Origin: Vicinamibacterales bacterium
Lineage (GTDB): Bacteria > Acidobacteriota > Vicinamibacteria > Vicinamibacterales > CAVVIG01
Length of the DNA stretch: 64,000 nucleotides
Direction: 5' to 3'
Assembly: GCA_050249955.1 (NCBI GenBank)
Contig: JBFWPN010000001.1
Location: forward strand, 896,716 to 960,715
Made by a program: the position numbers and the translations under genes. This document shows positions 38,888-46,962 of this stretch, one piece after another (within the stretch, counting starts at the first letter, position 1; every line of letters starts with the position of its first letter). The notes under the pieces are model-generated. The model had not been told where the DNA came from, made no database searches, and saw only the letters and a program-made list of their open reading frames with translations.

Positions 38888-39826
38888 ATGCGCGTTCATC
38901 ATCAGCACTCGTCCGGTCGACCGGCGCTCGCGTCGGCGGCCACGCTCACGGCCAGCGCGCTCGTCGGAGCCGCTCTCCTCATTCCGGCGCCGGCCTCAGC
39001 TCGTCCGGCTGACCGCGGCGACCTGTCCGGCACGCCGGCAGTGGCAGTTTCGGTGCTCGACGGGCAGCTCATCCCGCGCCTCGAACAGCGCCGTGGCGGC
39101 GGTCGTGGGGGCGGCGGGGGTGGCGGACGCACCAGCGGCGGCGGAGGCGGCGGAGGTCAGGCTGTTCCGCGCGGCGGGTCGGGCGGCGGCATCAGCTCGG
39201 GTGGCACACGGTCGGGTGGCGGGGGCGGCGGCAACGTGGGCGGCACCGCCCCGCGGGGTGGACCGCGCGGGGGCGACGCCCGTGCGGGCGATGGCAGCGG
39301 GCGCTCGGGTGACGCGGGCGGAACGGCGGTGAGCCGACCTCGTGGCGACCGCGAAGTCACCGGTACCGCGGTGCCGCGGCGCGGCGGCAGCAGCGGCGGC
39401 CGCGGTCCCGACACTGTCATCGTCGGTGGCGGCTACTACGGCGGGTTCTACCCGTGGGGGTGGGGCGGCCTCGGGCTTGGCGGGTACTACGGCTGGTACG
39501 ACCCCTGGGGCTGGGGCGGGTACGGTGGCTGGGGCGGATACGGCGGAGGCTATGGTGGCTACGGCGGCGGGTACACCTACTACGCCGATGGTGCACTGAA
39601 GCTGAAGGTGAAGCCGCGCCAGGCCGAGGTGTTCGTGGACGGCTACTACGCGGGTGCGGTGGACAGCTACGACGGCGTGTTCCAGCGGCTGCGGCTGGAG
39701 CCAGGTCCGCACCGCGTCGAGATCCGGCTCGACGGGTACGAGCCGCTGTCCTTCGAAGTGCGGATCCTCCCCGACCGCACGATCACCTACAAGGGTGAGA
39801 TGCAGAAGACCGGTACTGTCGAGTAA
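38888..39826 (+). CDS. Secreted Gly/Arg- and Gly/Tyr/Trp-rich low-complexity protein with C-terminal PEGA domain
   Basis: ATG at 38888. Signal-like 'ASAATLTASALVGAALLIPAPASA'. RGG-type runs, then 'GGYYGGFYPWGWGGLGLGGYYGWYDPWGWGGYGGWGGYGGGYGGYGGGY'. PEGA-like 'LKLKVKPRQAEVFVDGYYAGAV ... LEPGPHRVEIRLDGYEPLSFEVRI'. Confidence 0.75.
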   Translation: MRVHHQHSSGRPALASAATLTASALVGAALLIPAPASARPADRGDLSGTPAVAVSVLDGQLIPRLEQRRGGGRGGGGGGGRTSGGGGGGGQAVPRGGSGGGISSGGTRSGGGGGGNVGGTAPRGGPRGGDARAGDGSGRSGDAGGTAVSRPRGDREVTGTAVPRRGGSSGGRGPDTVIVGGGYYGGFYPWGWGGLGLGGYYGWYDPWGWGGYGGWGGYGGGYGGYGGGYTYYADGALKLKVKPRQAEVFVDGYYAGAVDSYDGVFQRLRLEPGPHRVEIRLDGYEPLSFEVRILPDRTITYKGEMQKTGTVE

Positions 39827-39857
39827 GGACACCTATCCGACAGGTACCCGTTGCGGC

Positions 39858-40874
39858 ATGAAGGCCGCCGCATATACTCACGCGATGAAGAGCATGCGCG
39901 TCCGTGAAGGTGCCCGGGCCGTGGCGCTGTTCGCCTTCGGCTTCACGCTGTTCACTCCACCTGTCGTCCTCGCGCAGGCGGGTTCCGCCGGGCCGCGGAC
40001 GACTGTCCCTGCCGAGCGCCAGTCGATTGCGGGGACGTGGAACTTCTCGACGCTCACGCCGCTCGAACGCCCGGCCGAGTTCGGCAACCGGGCGACGATG
40101 AGCGCCGCCGAGGCTGCGGCGTACGAGCAGCAGGTGATGGAACGGAACAACGCGGACCGCCGCGACGGTCCGGTGGAGACCGATGTCGCCCGCGCGTACA
40201 ACGACGCGTGGTACGACCGCGGCACGCACGTCGCCATGGTGAATGGCGAGTTCCGCACGTCGCTCGTCGTGTCGCCGCCCGACGGTCGGATCCCTGCCCT
40301 CACCCCAGCTGCGGCGGCTCGGCAGGCTGCGCGCGCGCAGCAGCGACGGGATCACCCTGCCGACGGACCGGAAGACCGATCGCTCGGAGAACGGTGCCTG
40401 AGCTTCAACGCCGGCCCGCCCACCCTGCCCGCACCGTACAACAACTACCTGCAGCTGTTCGTGTTCGCCGACTACGTGGTCATCCTCAACGAGATGATCC
40501 ACGACGCCCGGGTCGTGCCGACCGACGGACGCCCGCACCTGCCGCCACACATCCGCCGGTTCCAGGGAGACCCCGTGGGTCACTGGGAGGGCGCGACGCT
40601 CGTGGTCGACACGACGAACTTCACCGACACGACGAGCTTCCGCGGCGCGACGGCGCGGCTGCACCTGGTGGAGCGCTTCACGCGCACCAACGCGAACACG
40701 CTGCTCTACGAGTTCACGGTGGACGACCCTGACGCGTTCACGGCTCCCTGGAAGGTGGCGCTGCCGATGCGTGCGACCGACGAGGCCATCTACGAATACG
40801 CCTGCCACGAGGGCAACGAGGCGCTGACCGGCATCCTGCGCGGGGCGCGCTTCGGCGAGCGCACACGTCCGTGA
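39858..40874 (+). CDS. Secreted conserved hypothetical protein (start uncertain: 39858, 39885 or 39894)
   Basis: Signal peptide 'AVALFAFGFTLFTPPVVLAQA'. Non-repetitive, conserved-looking 'GDPVGHWEGATLVVDTTNFTD ... LLYEFTVDDPDAFTAPW ... YEYACHEGN'. Confidence 0.7.
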   Translation: MKAAAYTHAMKSMRVREGARAVALFAFGFTLFTPPVVLAQAGSAGPRTTVPAERQSIAGTWNFSTLTPLERPAEFGNRATMSAAEAAAYEQQVMERNNADRRDGPVETDVARAYNDAWYDRGTHVAMVNGEFRTSLVVSPPDGRIPALTPAAAARQAARAQQRRDHPADGPEDRSLGERCLSFNAGPPTLPAPYNNYLQLFVFADYVVILNEMIHDARVVPTDGRPHLPPHIRRFQGDPVGHWEGATLVVDTTNFTDTTSFRGATARLHLVERFTRTNANTLLYEFTVDDPDAFTAPWKVALPMRATDEAIYEYACHEGNEALTGILRGARFGERTRP

Positions 40875-40925
40875 TCGGCGCCTGAGACCGGGGCGGCGGG
40901 CCGACGTCCCGCGCCTCGTCTGGCG

Positions 40926-42287
40926 TCAGCGCGCGCGCTTCATCAACACGTAGACCGGCACGCCGAGCCCGATGATGGCCAGACCCGCCATCGACGGCAC
41001 CGGGTTCCGCCACACCTCGTTCAGCAGCATCACCCCGCTCGTCAGCACGAACACGGCCGGCGCCAGGGGGTAGCCCCAGGCACGGAAGGGCCGCTCGACC
41101 GACGGCTCGCGCCGCCGCAGGACGAACAGCGCGGCCACCGCAATGCCCGAAAAGAGCACCACGGCAAACCCGGTGTAGCTCACCAACTGCGAGAGCGACC
41201 CGCACAGCACGAGCACGCTGCTCCACACCGTCTGCGCGAGGATGGCGCTGACTGGCGCGCGAAAGCGCGGGTGCACGCGCGCCGCCTCGGCGGCGAAGAG
41301 CCCGTCCCTCGCCATTGCGAAGTACACGCGCGGACCGGCCAGCACCATCGCGCTGATGCTCGCGGCGATGCTCACGATGGTGAAGAGCGCGATCACGTTG
41401 CCCGCCGTGAAGCCGAACAGCCGTTCGGCCACCGTGTCGATGAGCGTGCCCTTCACCGCCGCCAGGTCGGCCGCCGGAATCGCGTAGAGGTAGAGCGCGT
41501 TCAGCCCGAGGTAGATGACGACGACCGCCAGCGTGCCGAGCCCCAGGGCAATCGGCACGTTGCGCCCGGGCGTGTGGATCTCTTCGGCGACATACGCCGC
41601 GGCGTTCCAGCCCGAGTAGGTGAACATCACGGGAACCAGCGCGAGCAGGACGCCGGTGATGCCAGCGCTGCCCGCAGCCAGCACCTGCGCCGGCTGGCCT
41701 TCACCCAGGCCGAATCCAAGCGCGAGGAACACGACGATGGCGCTGACCTTGGCGCCGGCGAGGATGTTCTGCACGAGGCTGCCCGGGCCGAGCCCGCGCA
41801 GGTGCACGACGGTGATCGCGGCGATGGCTGCGAGAGCCACGAGCGCCTTGGGCGACACGACGATCGGTACGAGCGGCAGCGGCACGGTGAGGAGCGGCGT
41901 GCCGTCGCCGGCGATGGGCGCGAAGCGGCCGATGTACTCCGCAAGTGCGACCGCGCTGGCCGCTATGGCGCCGGAGAAGCCAGCCACGAACGAGGTCCAT
42001 CCGCTCAGGAAGCCGGTGAGCGGCCCGAACGCCTCGCGCAGGTACACGTACTCGCCACCCGCGCGAGGACGGAGCGCCGCGAGCTCGGCATACGCCATGG
42101 CGCCCGCAAAGGCGAGCATCCCGCCGAGCAGCCAGACCAGCAGCATGCCGCGCGCGCTCGGCACCAGGCCGGCGACGATGATTGGGGAGAAGAAGATGCC
42201 GCCGCCGATGACGTTCGACACCACGATCGCCGCGGCGTCGAGGGGGCCCAGCCGTCGGTCGAGCGCGGGCGTGGAGTCGGCGGTCAC
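40926..42287 (-). CDS. APC-superfamily amino acid permease
   Basis: 453 aa with a 12-TM profile. N-terminal 'LGPLDAAAIVVSNVIGGGIFFSP'. Confidence 0.85.
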   Translation of the reverse strand: MTADSTPALDRRLGPLDAAAIVVSNVIGGGIFFSPIIVAGLVPSARGMLLVWLLGGMLAFAGAMAYAELAALRPRAGGEYVYLREAFGPLTGFLSGWTSFVAGFSGAIAASAVALAEYIGRFAPIAGDGTPLLTVPLPLVPIVVSPKALVALAAIAAITVVHLRGLGPGSLVQNILAGAKVSAIVVFLALGFGLGEGQPAQVLAAGSAGITGVLLALVPVMFTYSGWNAAAYVAEEIHTPGRNVPIALGLGTLAVVVIYLGLNALYLYAIPAADLAAVKGTLIDTVAERLFGFTAGNVIALFTIVSIAASISAMVLAGPRVYFAMARDGLFAAEAARVHPRFRAPVSAILAQTVWSSVLVLCGSLSQLVSYTGFAVVLFSGIAVAALFVLRRREPSVERPFRAWGYPLAPAVFVLTSGVMLLNEVWRNPVPSMAGLAIIGLGVPVYVLMKRAR

Positions 42288-42304
42288 GGTGAAGGCCGGA
42301 ACCG

Positions 42305-42781
42305 CTACTTCTGGATCAGCCGGCGTTCAACCGGGAACTCCGCGAGGAGCGTCCACTGCGCGGAGCCGTACTTCGCGAAGACCTGTGCGCGGGCATCGAT
42401 GAACTGCTTGTTCGCCATCATCTGCGCCCGGGTTTCGCTGCTGGTGTAGCCCAGCGTCGAGTTGACGGTGAAGCTCTTGGTCGAGGCGCCGCCAGCCAGC
42501 CCCTCCGACCCCGTGATCCGCAGGAAGCCCGCGCCCCACTCCTCGTCTTCCCCGACGCGGCGGAAGATGACGTTGCCCTGGAGCGTGCTGATGGGCGTGC
42601 TGCCGGTGTTCCGGAGGGTGAAGGTGATGGAGGGGACGATCTTGTTCTGCCCGTTGATCACGCCGAGGTCGGCCCACCCGGTCGAGACATTGTCGATGGC
42701 CAGGGCAGACTTCAGGTCGATCTTCGGTCCGCAGGCAGCGGCGGTGAGGGCCAGCAGCAGGGTCAGGCAGAGTGCGCGCAT
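42305..42781 (-). CDS. Hypothetical lipoprotein
   Basis: Lipobox 'LALTAAAC'. 158 aa, beta-rich. Confidence 0.7.
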   Translation of the reverse strand: MRALCLTLLLALTAAACGPKIDLKSALAIDNVSTGWADLGVINGQNKIVPSITFTLRNTGSTPISTLQGNVIFRRVGEDEEWGAGFLRITGSEGLAGGASTKSFTVNSTLGYTSSETRAQMMANKQFIDARAQVFAKYGSAQWTLLAEFPVERRLIQK

Positions 42782-42790
42782 GCCGCCATT

Positions 42791-43645
42791 CTAGAACACC
42801 CGCACTTCGATGCGCGTGCGGGCCTCCTGCGGCGTGATTTGCCCCCCGAGGAACGCGGTCAGGTCGGCCCCGCGGACGCTCAGGACGACCGTGCGCGAGT
42901 CGGTATCGATGCCCATGCGGGGCCGGTCGTCGCGGCGGCGGGCCGCCACGGTGAGCCATTCGGCCGGACCGATGGACAGGCTGCGGCTGTGTTCGAGCAT
43001 GGCCCCCATCAGGGCCTCGCGGATTTCGGTGCGGTAGGCTTCGTCCGGGTTGCTCAACACCGGGTCGTCGGTGCGCGGCTCTGGGGCCGGCGCCGTGGCG
43101 TCGGGGGCGGCGATCCCGTTGGCCGTCTGGACGGCGGTGGCGGCGGCACTGTCGGCAGGCAAGCGGCCGGGTGCCACCTGCAGTTCGAGCCGGCGCAGGG
43201 CCTGCTGCGCATTCACGTCGTTGCCGGCCGCCTGACGCAGGGTCTGGAGCGCGGCCTCGAGCCCGAGATCGTTCCGGGTCATCGCCTGGAAGCTCCAGAT
43301 GGTGCCGCCGAGATCGGGCACCTCGACATCGAAGAAGACGCCGTAGCCATCGAGCCGGAATCCGCGCGCCTTCGCGTTCTCGGTGAGCAGCATGTCGGCC
43401 GGCATGATCGCCTGGAGCCGATCGCGAATGACGGTGGCCCCGTGCTCGACGGCCCCTTCGAGCACGCGCTCCATCTGCCCGAGCTGGTAGCGCGCCTCGC
43501 GCACCCGCATCTGGGCGGCTGCCGTGCCAGTCTGTGCGGCCCCGGTCGGCTCCTGGGCCGCCGCGATCGACGCGGTGACCCCGATCACCGCGATGGTCCA
43601 CGTGATGCTGCGCATTGATTCCGTCCGTCCCCTGCCCATGGTCAT
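42791..43645 (-). CDS. Secreted hypothetical protein
   Basis: ATG at 43645 overlaps the anti-sigma stop (ATGA). Signal peptide 'SITWTIAVIGVTASIAAAQ'. Confidence 0.65.
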   Translation of the reverse strand: MTMGRGRTESMRSITWTIAVIGVTASIAAAQEPTGAAQTGTAAAQMRVREARYQLGQMERVLEGAVEHGATVIRDRLQAIMPADMLLTENAKARGFRLDGYGVFFDVEVPDLGGTIWSFQAMTRNDLGLEAALQTLRQAAGNDVNAQQALRRLELQVAPGRLPADSAAATAVQTANGIAAPDATAPAPEPRTDDPVLSNPDEAYRTEIREALMGAMLEHSRSLSIGPAEWLTVAARRRDDRPRMGIDTDSRTVVLSVRGADLTAFLGGQITPQEARTRIEVRVF

Positions 43646-44442
43646 CGCTGCTCGGACACACGCTGCCGCAGCAGGTCGTTCAGCTGCTGCTGCTGCCGCA
43701 TCACTTCCATGCCGGTGCGGTTCTGCAGCAGGCCGAGCGACCGGTCGTAGTAGACCCGATCCGCCTGTCGCTGCACCTGGACATCGCGCGCGACGCCGGC
43801 CACCTGCAGGCCGATCTCGCGCATCACGCGGCGCTCGCTCGCCTGGAGGTCCGCACGCACCTGCTTGAGCAGCTCGTCGCCCCCGGCCGCAGCCGTCGCC
43901 ACGGGCTGGGTGCGGAGCGCCTGGAGTTCCTGCCGCAGCGCCACCAGCTCGGCGCGAAGCTGCTCGCTTTCCGCAGACGGGGCGGCGGCGGTCCGCACCG
44001 TGGCCGCCTGCGCCTCGGTCGGTGCGGCAGCGGCCCGAATCCAGCCGGTGGTGAGCGTGAGCCCCTCGCGCGAGTACGTGAGGTTGATGTTGGCGAGGCC
44101 GAGCGAAGCGGCCACGACGAGCATGGCGGCGGCCGCCTGCATCCAGACCGGGGCGTCGGCCAGCACGCGCCAGCCGGACGGCCTCGGCGACGGCGGCGGC
44201 TCGGCCAGCCGGAGCGCGACCCGGGGCGACTTGCCACCGACGCCGTCGGCCACCTCGGGCGCCGCCCAGGCCGCGAGCCCCTCGCGCACGGTGCCGAGCG
44301 CGTCGAGTTCGGTGCGACAGGGCACGCAGCCCGGCAGGTGCCGTTCGAACGCCTCGCGTTCGGCCTGGTCGATGTCGTCGTACAGGTAGGCGACGAGGAC
44401 CTCCTCGCGCCGGCCGTCGTAGGTACAGAGGTCGTTCAGCAT
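43642..44442 (-). CDS. Anti-sigma factor (zf-HC2 type, single TM)
   Basis: N-terminal 'FERHLPGCVPCRTEL' (H-x3-C-x2-C). Central TM 'VWMQAAAAMLVVAASLGLA'. Located immediately downstream of the ECF sigma gene. Confidence 0.75.
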   Translation of the reverse strand: MLNDLCTYDGRREEVLVAYLYDDIDQAEREAFERHLPGCVPCRTELDALGTVREGLAAWAAPEVADGVGGKSPRVALRLAEPPPSPRPSGWRVLADAPVWMQAAAAMLVVAASLGLANINLTYSREGLTLTTGWIRAAAAPTEAQAATVRTAAAPSAESEQLRAELVALRQELQALRTQPVATAAAGGDELLKQVRADLQASERRVMREIGLQVAGVARDVQVQRQADRVYYDRSLGLLQNRTGMEVMRQQQQLNDLLRQRVSEQR

Positions 44443-44443
44443 G

Positions 44444-45016
44444 TCAGGCCACTCGGCCGGGACGACGGGCGAGTTCGCGCCTCAGCACCGTCAGTCCCTG
44501 ATAGAGACGTGTCTTCACCGTGCTCAGCGGACATCCCTGGAGATCGGCAATCTCCTGGAACGTGAGCCCGTGATATTCCTTCAGCACAATCGCCGTGCGC
44601 TGCTCCTCGGGCAGGTGGGCCATCGCCTCCTCGACCCGCCGCGTCATGTCCTTGCGGCTCACGAGGTCTTCGATCGACTCCGAGGGTTCGGCCGCAGCCG
44701 CCATCTCGATGAGGTCGACGTCCTCCGGCGGCTGCACCACCGGCGCGCGGCGCTCCTTGCGCGCCCAGTCGCGACACAGGTTCAGGGCGATGCGGTAGAT
44801 CCACGATGAGAACTTCGCTTCCCGCCTGAACTTCGGCAGCGCGCGGAAGGCCCGGAGGAACGTTTCCTGGCAGACGTCGCGCGCGTCCTCTTCCCGTCCG
44901 ATCGTGCGATACGCCAGGGCATAGATCGGCCGCTCCCATCGCAGGATGAGCTGGTTGAAGCTGTCGTGATCGCCGCCCATCGATCGGGCGACGAGTTCCT
45001 CGTCGGTCCAGGTCAT
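44444..45016 (-). CDS. ECF-type RNA polymerase sigma factor
   Basis: Region 2 'DVCQETFLRAFRAL' and region 4 'LTFQEIADLQGCPLSTVKTRLYQG'. Confidence 0.9.
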   Translation of the reverse strand: MTWTDEELVARSMGGDHDSFNQLILRWERPIYALAYRTIGREEDARDVCQETFLRAFRALPKFRREAKFSSWIYRIALNLCRDWARKERRAPVVQPPEDVDLIEMAAAAEPSESIEDLVSRKDMTRRVEEAMAHLPEEQRTAIVLKEYHGLTFQEIADLQGCPLSTVKTRLYQGLTVLRRELARRPGRVA

Positions 45017-45167
45017 GCGAAAGAGTCGGGCCCCGCGTCTCCCCTCATTAGACGGCGTCCTGCCGGCTTCGGCCTGACCCGCCTGCGGCCATGCTCGATG
45101 TTACCAGCAGGTCATTGATGCGGCAGGGTTTAGCCCGGGCTACAATGCCGGAACCCCTCACCCGATC

Positions 45168-46202
45168 ATGGAACCCTCGCGCGCCGCGGCCGGCTTTACC
45201 GTTCACTCGCTCCTGACGCTGCTGGCAGAGGGGGGCGGGCGCACGGCTGCCCTGTCGTTCCTGCACCAGCGCGCCCTTCAGGTGGCCGGTGCCACGGTGT
45301 CGCTGCTCTACGAACCCCATCCGGCGAACGGGCGCATGCAGGCCACGTCTGGCGCGGGCGTCGAGGCCCTCCCCACCGCCGCCTGGGAGCCCTCGTCCGG
45401 GGAGTCTGCGGTGCTGGGACGCATCTTCTCGGGTCGACACCCGGTGGCCATGGCCGGACTCGCCGCGGAGCTGTCCTCGCTGCACGAACAGGTCGGCACG
45501 GCGGCAGCCATCCTCGTGCCCCTGCTGGCCGAGACGCATCGCGTGGGACTGCTCGTCGTGGGGCTGCCGCCGGATGCCCGGCCCGACGTGGAGGCAGTGG
45601 CCGGCAGCGACGTGCCCTCGGGCTTCCTCGTGGCCCTGGAGCTGTCGCGACTCCGGCAGCGCGAAGAGTTCGAAGCCGACGTGCGTGCGCTGCTGGACAC
45701 CTTCTCCGAACGGCTGGCCACCACGCTCGACCTGGCCCAGGCGCTCCAGCCGCTGTGTCACGCCGTGACACGCCTCTTCGCGTGCGACCGCACGACCGTC
45801 TGGGTGCACGAGCGCGAGTCGCGTCACCTGGTGCCGCTGGCCTCCTCGGACCCTGCGCAGCTGGACGACCACCAGTCGGTACGCGCTGACGATCCGGTGG
45901 CCCCCGCGGCCGTGGCGCTGCGGGCGCAGCGGGCCGGGCTCTCGACGAGCGACGGGGAAGCGACCAGCCGCCTGTGCATTCCGCTGCGCGGCTGCCGCCG
46001 CGCGCTCGGCACGGTGGTGTGCGACGGCGTGCGGATCGAGCCTGGCGACGACATCGCCCTGCTGAACCGGGCGGACGAACTGGGCCGGCAGCTCTCCGGG
46101 GCGGTGGAGACGATCGCGCTGCTCCGGGCCGTGGCACGGACGCGGCAGGAACTGGCCGAAATTTCACAGTTACCGCCGTCGCCCGCCGGTGGCCCCACCT
46201 GA
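45168..46202 (+). CDS. Tandem GAF-like domain protein (hypothetical, no output domain)
   Basis: Two segments with GAF-like endings ('AAILVPLLAETHRVGLLVVG', 'RLCIPLRGCRRALGTVVCDG'). Domain call is moderate. Confidence 0.6.
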   Translation: MEPSRAAAGFTVHSLLTLLAEGGGRTAALSFLHQRALQVAGATVSLLYEPHPANGRMQATSGAGVEALPTAAWEPSSGESAVLGRIFSGRHPVAMAGLAAELSSLHEQVGTAAAILVPLLAETHRVGLLVVGLPPDARPDVEAVAGSDVPSGFLVALELSRLRQREEFEADVRALLDTFSERLATTLDLAQALQPLCHAVTRLFACDRTTVWVHERESRHLVPLASSDPAQLDDHQSVRADDPVAPAAVALRAQRAGLSTSDGEATSRLCIPLRGCRRALGTVVCDGVRIEPGDDIALLNRADELGRQLSGAVETIALLRAVARTRQELAEISQLPPSPAGGPT

Positions 46203-46351
46203 GCCATGGGTTCGTGCGACACTATCTGGGCTGCGCCAACACTTTGAATACCGATGTGCCCGCCGGTTCGGCCTGCCGGTGCGTCCGGGTGCTGGTCCCG
46301 TGGTAGCCTTCAGCCGCGCTCGGCCCGGGTCCGTGGGCAGCACAGATCTCC

Positions 46352-46957
46352 ATGATTGACGAAACGTTCCTCACGACCGAAGAAGTCCTCGAGTATCTGC
46401 AGGTCAACCTGCGGACGGTCTACCGGCTGATCAAGGCCGGGAAGATCCCGGCCGTCCGCGTCGGCCGGCAGTGGCGCTTCCGGAAGAGCGACATCGACGC
46501 GTGGCTCGACAGCCAGCACTCGCGTCCCGCCACGCGCGCCGCGGCGGCGCCGATGCCGATTGCTCCGGCACCCGCGGCTCCGCGCGACCCCGAGGCCCGG
46601 CCCCGCATCCTCGTGGTGGACGATGAGGCGAGTGTGCGCGACCTGCTGGTCAAGACGCTCTCGCTCGTGGAATACGACGTGGATGCCGCGCCCGACGGCC
46701 AGGCCGCACTCGATCAGATGCGCCAGCACCGGTACGACCTGCTCATCACCGACCTCCGCATGCCCGGCATCGACGGCATGAGCGTCATCCGCGAGGCCAA
46801 GCGCTACAAGGCCGACATGCCGGTGATCATCATCACGGGCTACTCGTCCGAGTCGGCGGCCATCGAGGCGTTGAACCTCGGCGTGGCCGGCTACCTCACC
46901 AAGCCCTTCCGCGTGCCGCAAGTGCTGTCGACCGCCGCCAAGGCGCTCGAGAGCTGA
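46352..46957 (+). CDS. Response regulator with N-terminal excisionase/MerR-type HTH and C-terminal receiver domain
   Basis: 'LTTEEVLEYLQVNLRTVYRLIKAGKIPAVRVGRQWRFRKSDIDAWL', then REC 'RILVVDDE ... DLLITDLRMPGIDG ... TKPF'. Confidence 0.85.
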   Translation: MIDETFLTTEEVLEYLQVNLRTVYRLIKAGKIPAVRVGRQWRFRKSDIDAWLDSQHSRPATRAAAAPMPIAPAPAAPRDPEARPRILVVDDEASVRDLLVKTLSLVEYDVDAAPDGQAALDQMRQHRYDLLITDLRMPGIDGMSVIREAKRYKADMPVIIITGYSSESAAIEALNLGVAGYLTKPFRVPQVLSTAAKALES

Positions 46958-46962
46958 CCGGG

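Noticed and set aside
45017-45167. An ECF-type autoregulated promoter upstream of the sigma factor gene
   Set aside because: A CGTCTAA-like -10 is present, but no convincing GGAAC/GAAC -35 lies at 16-17 nt spacing. This is not enough support to annotate it as a feature.
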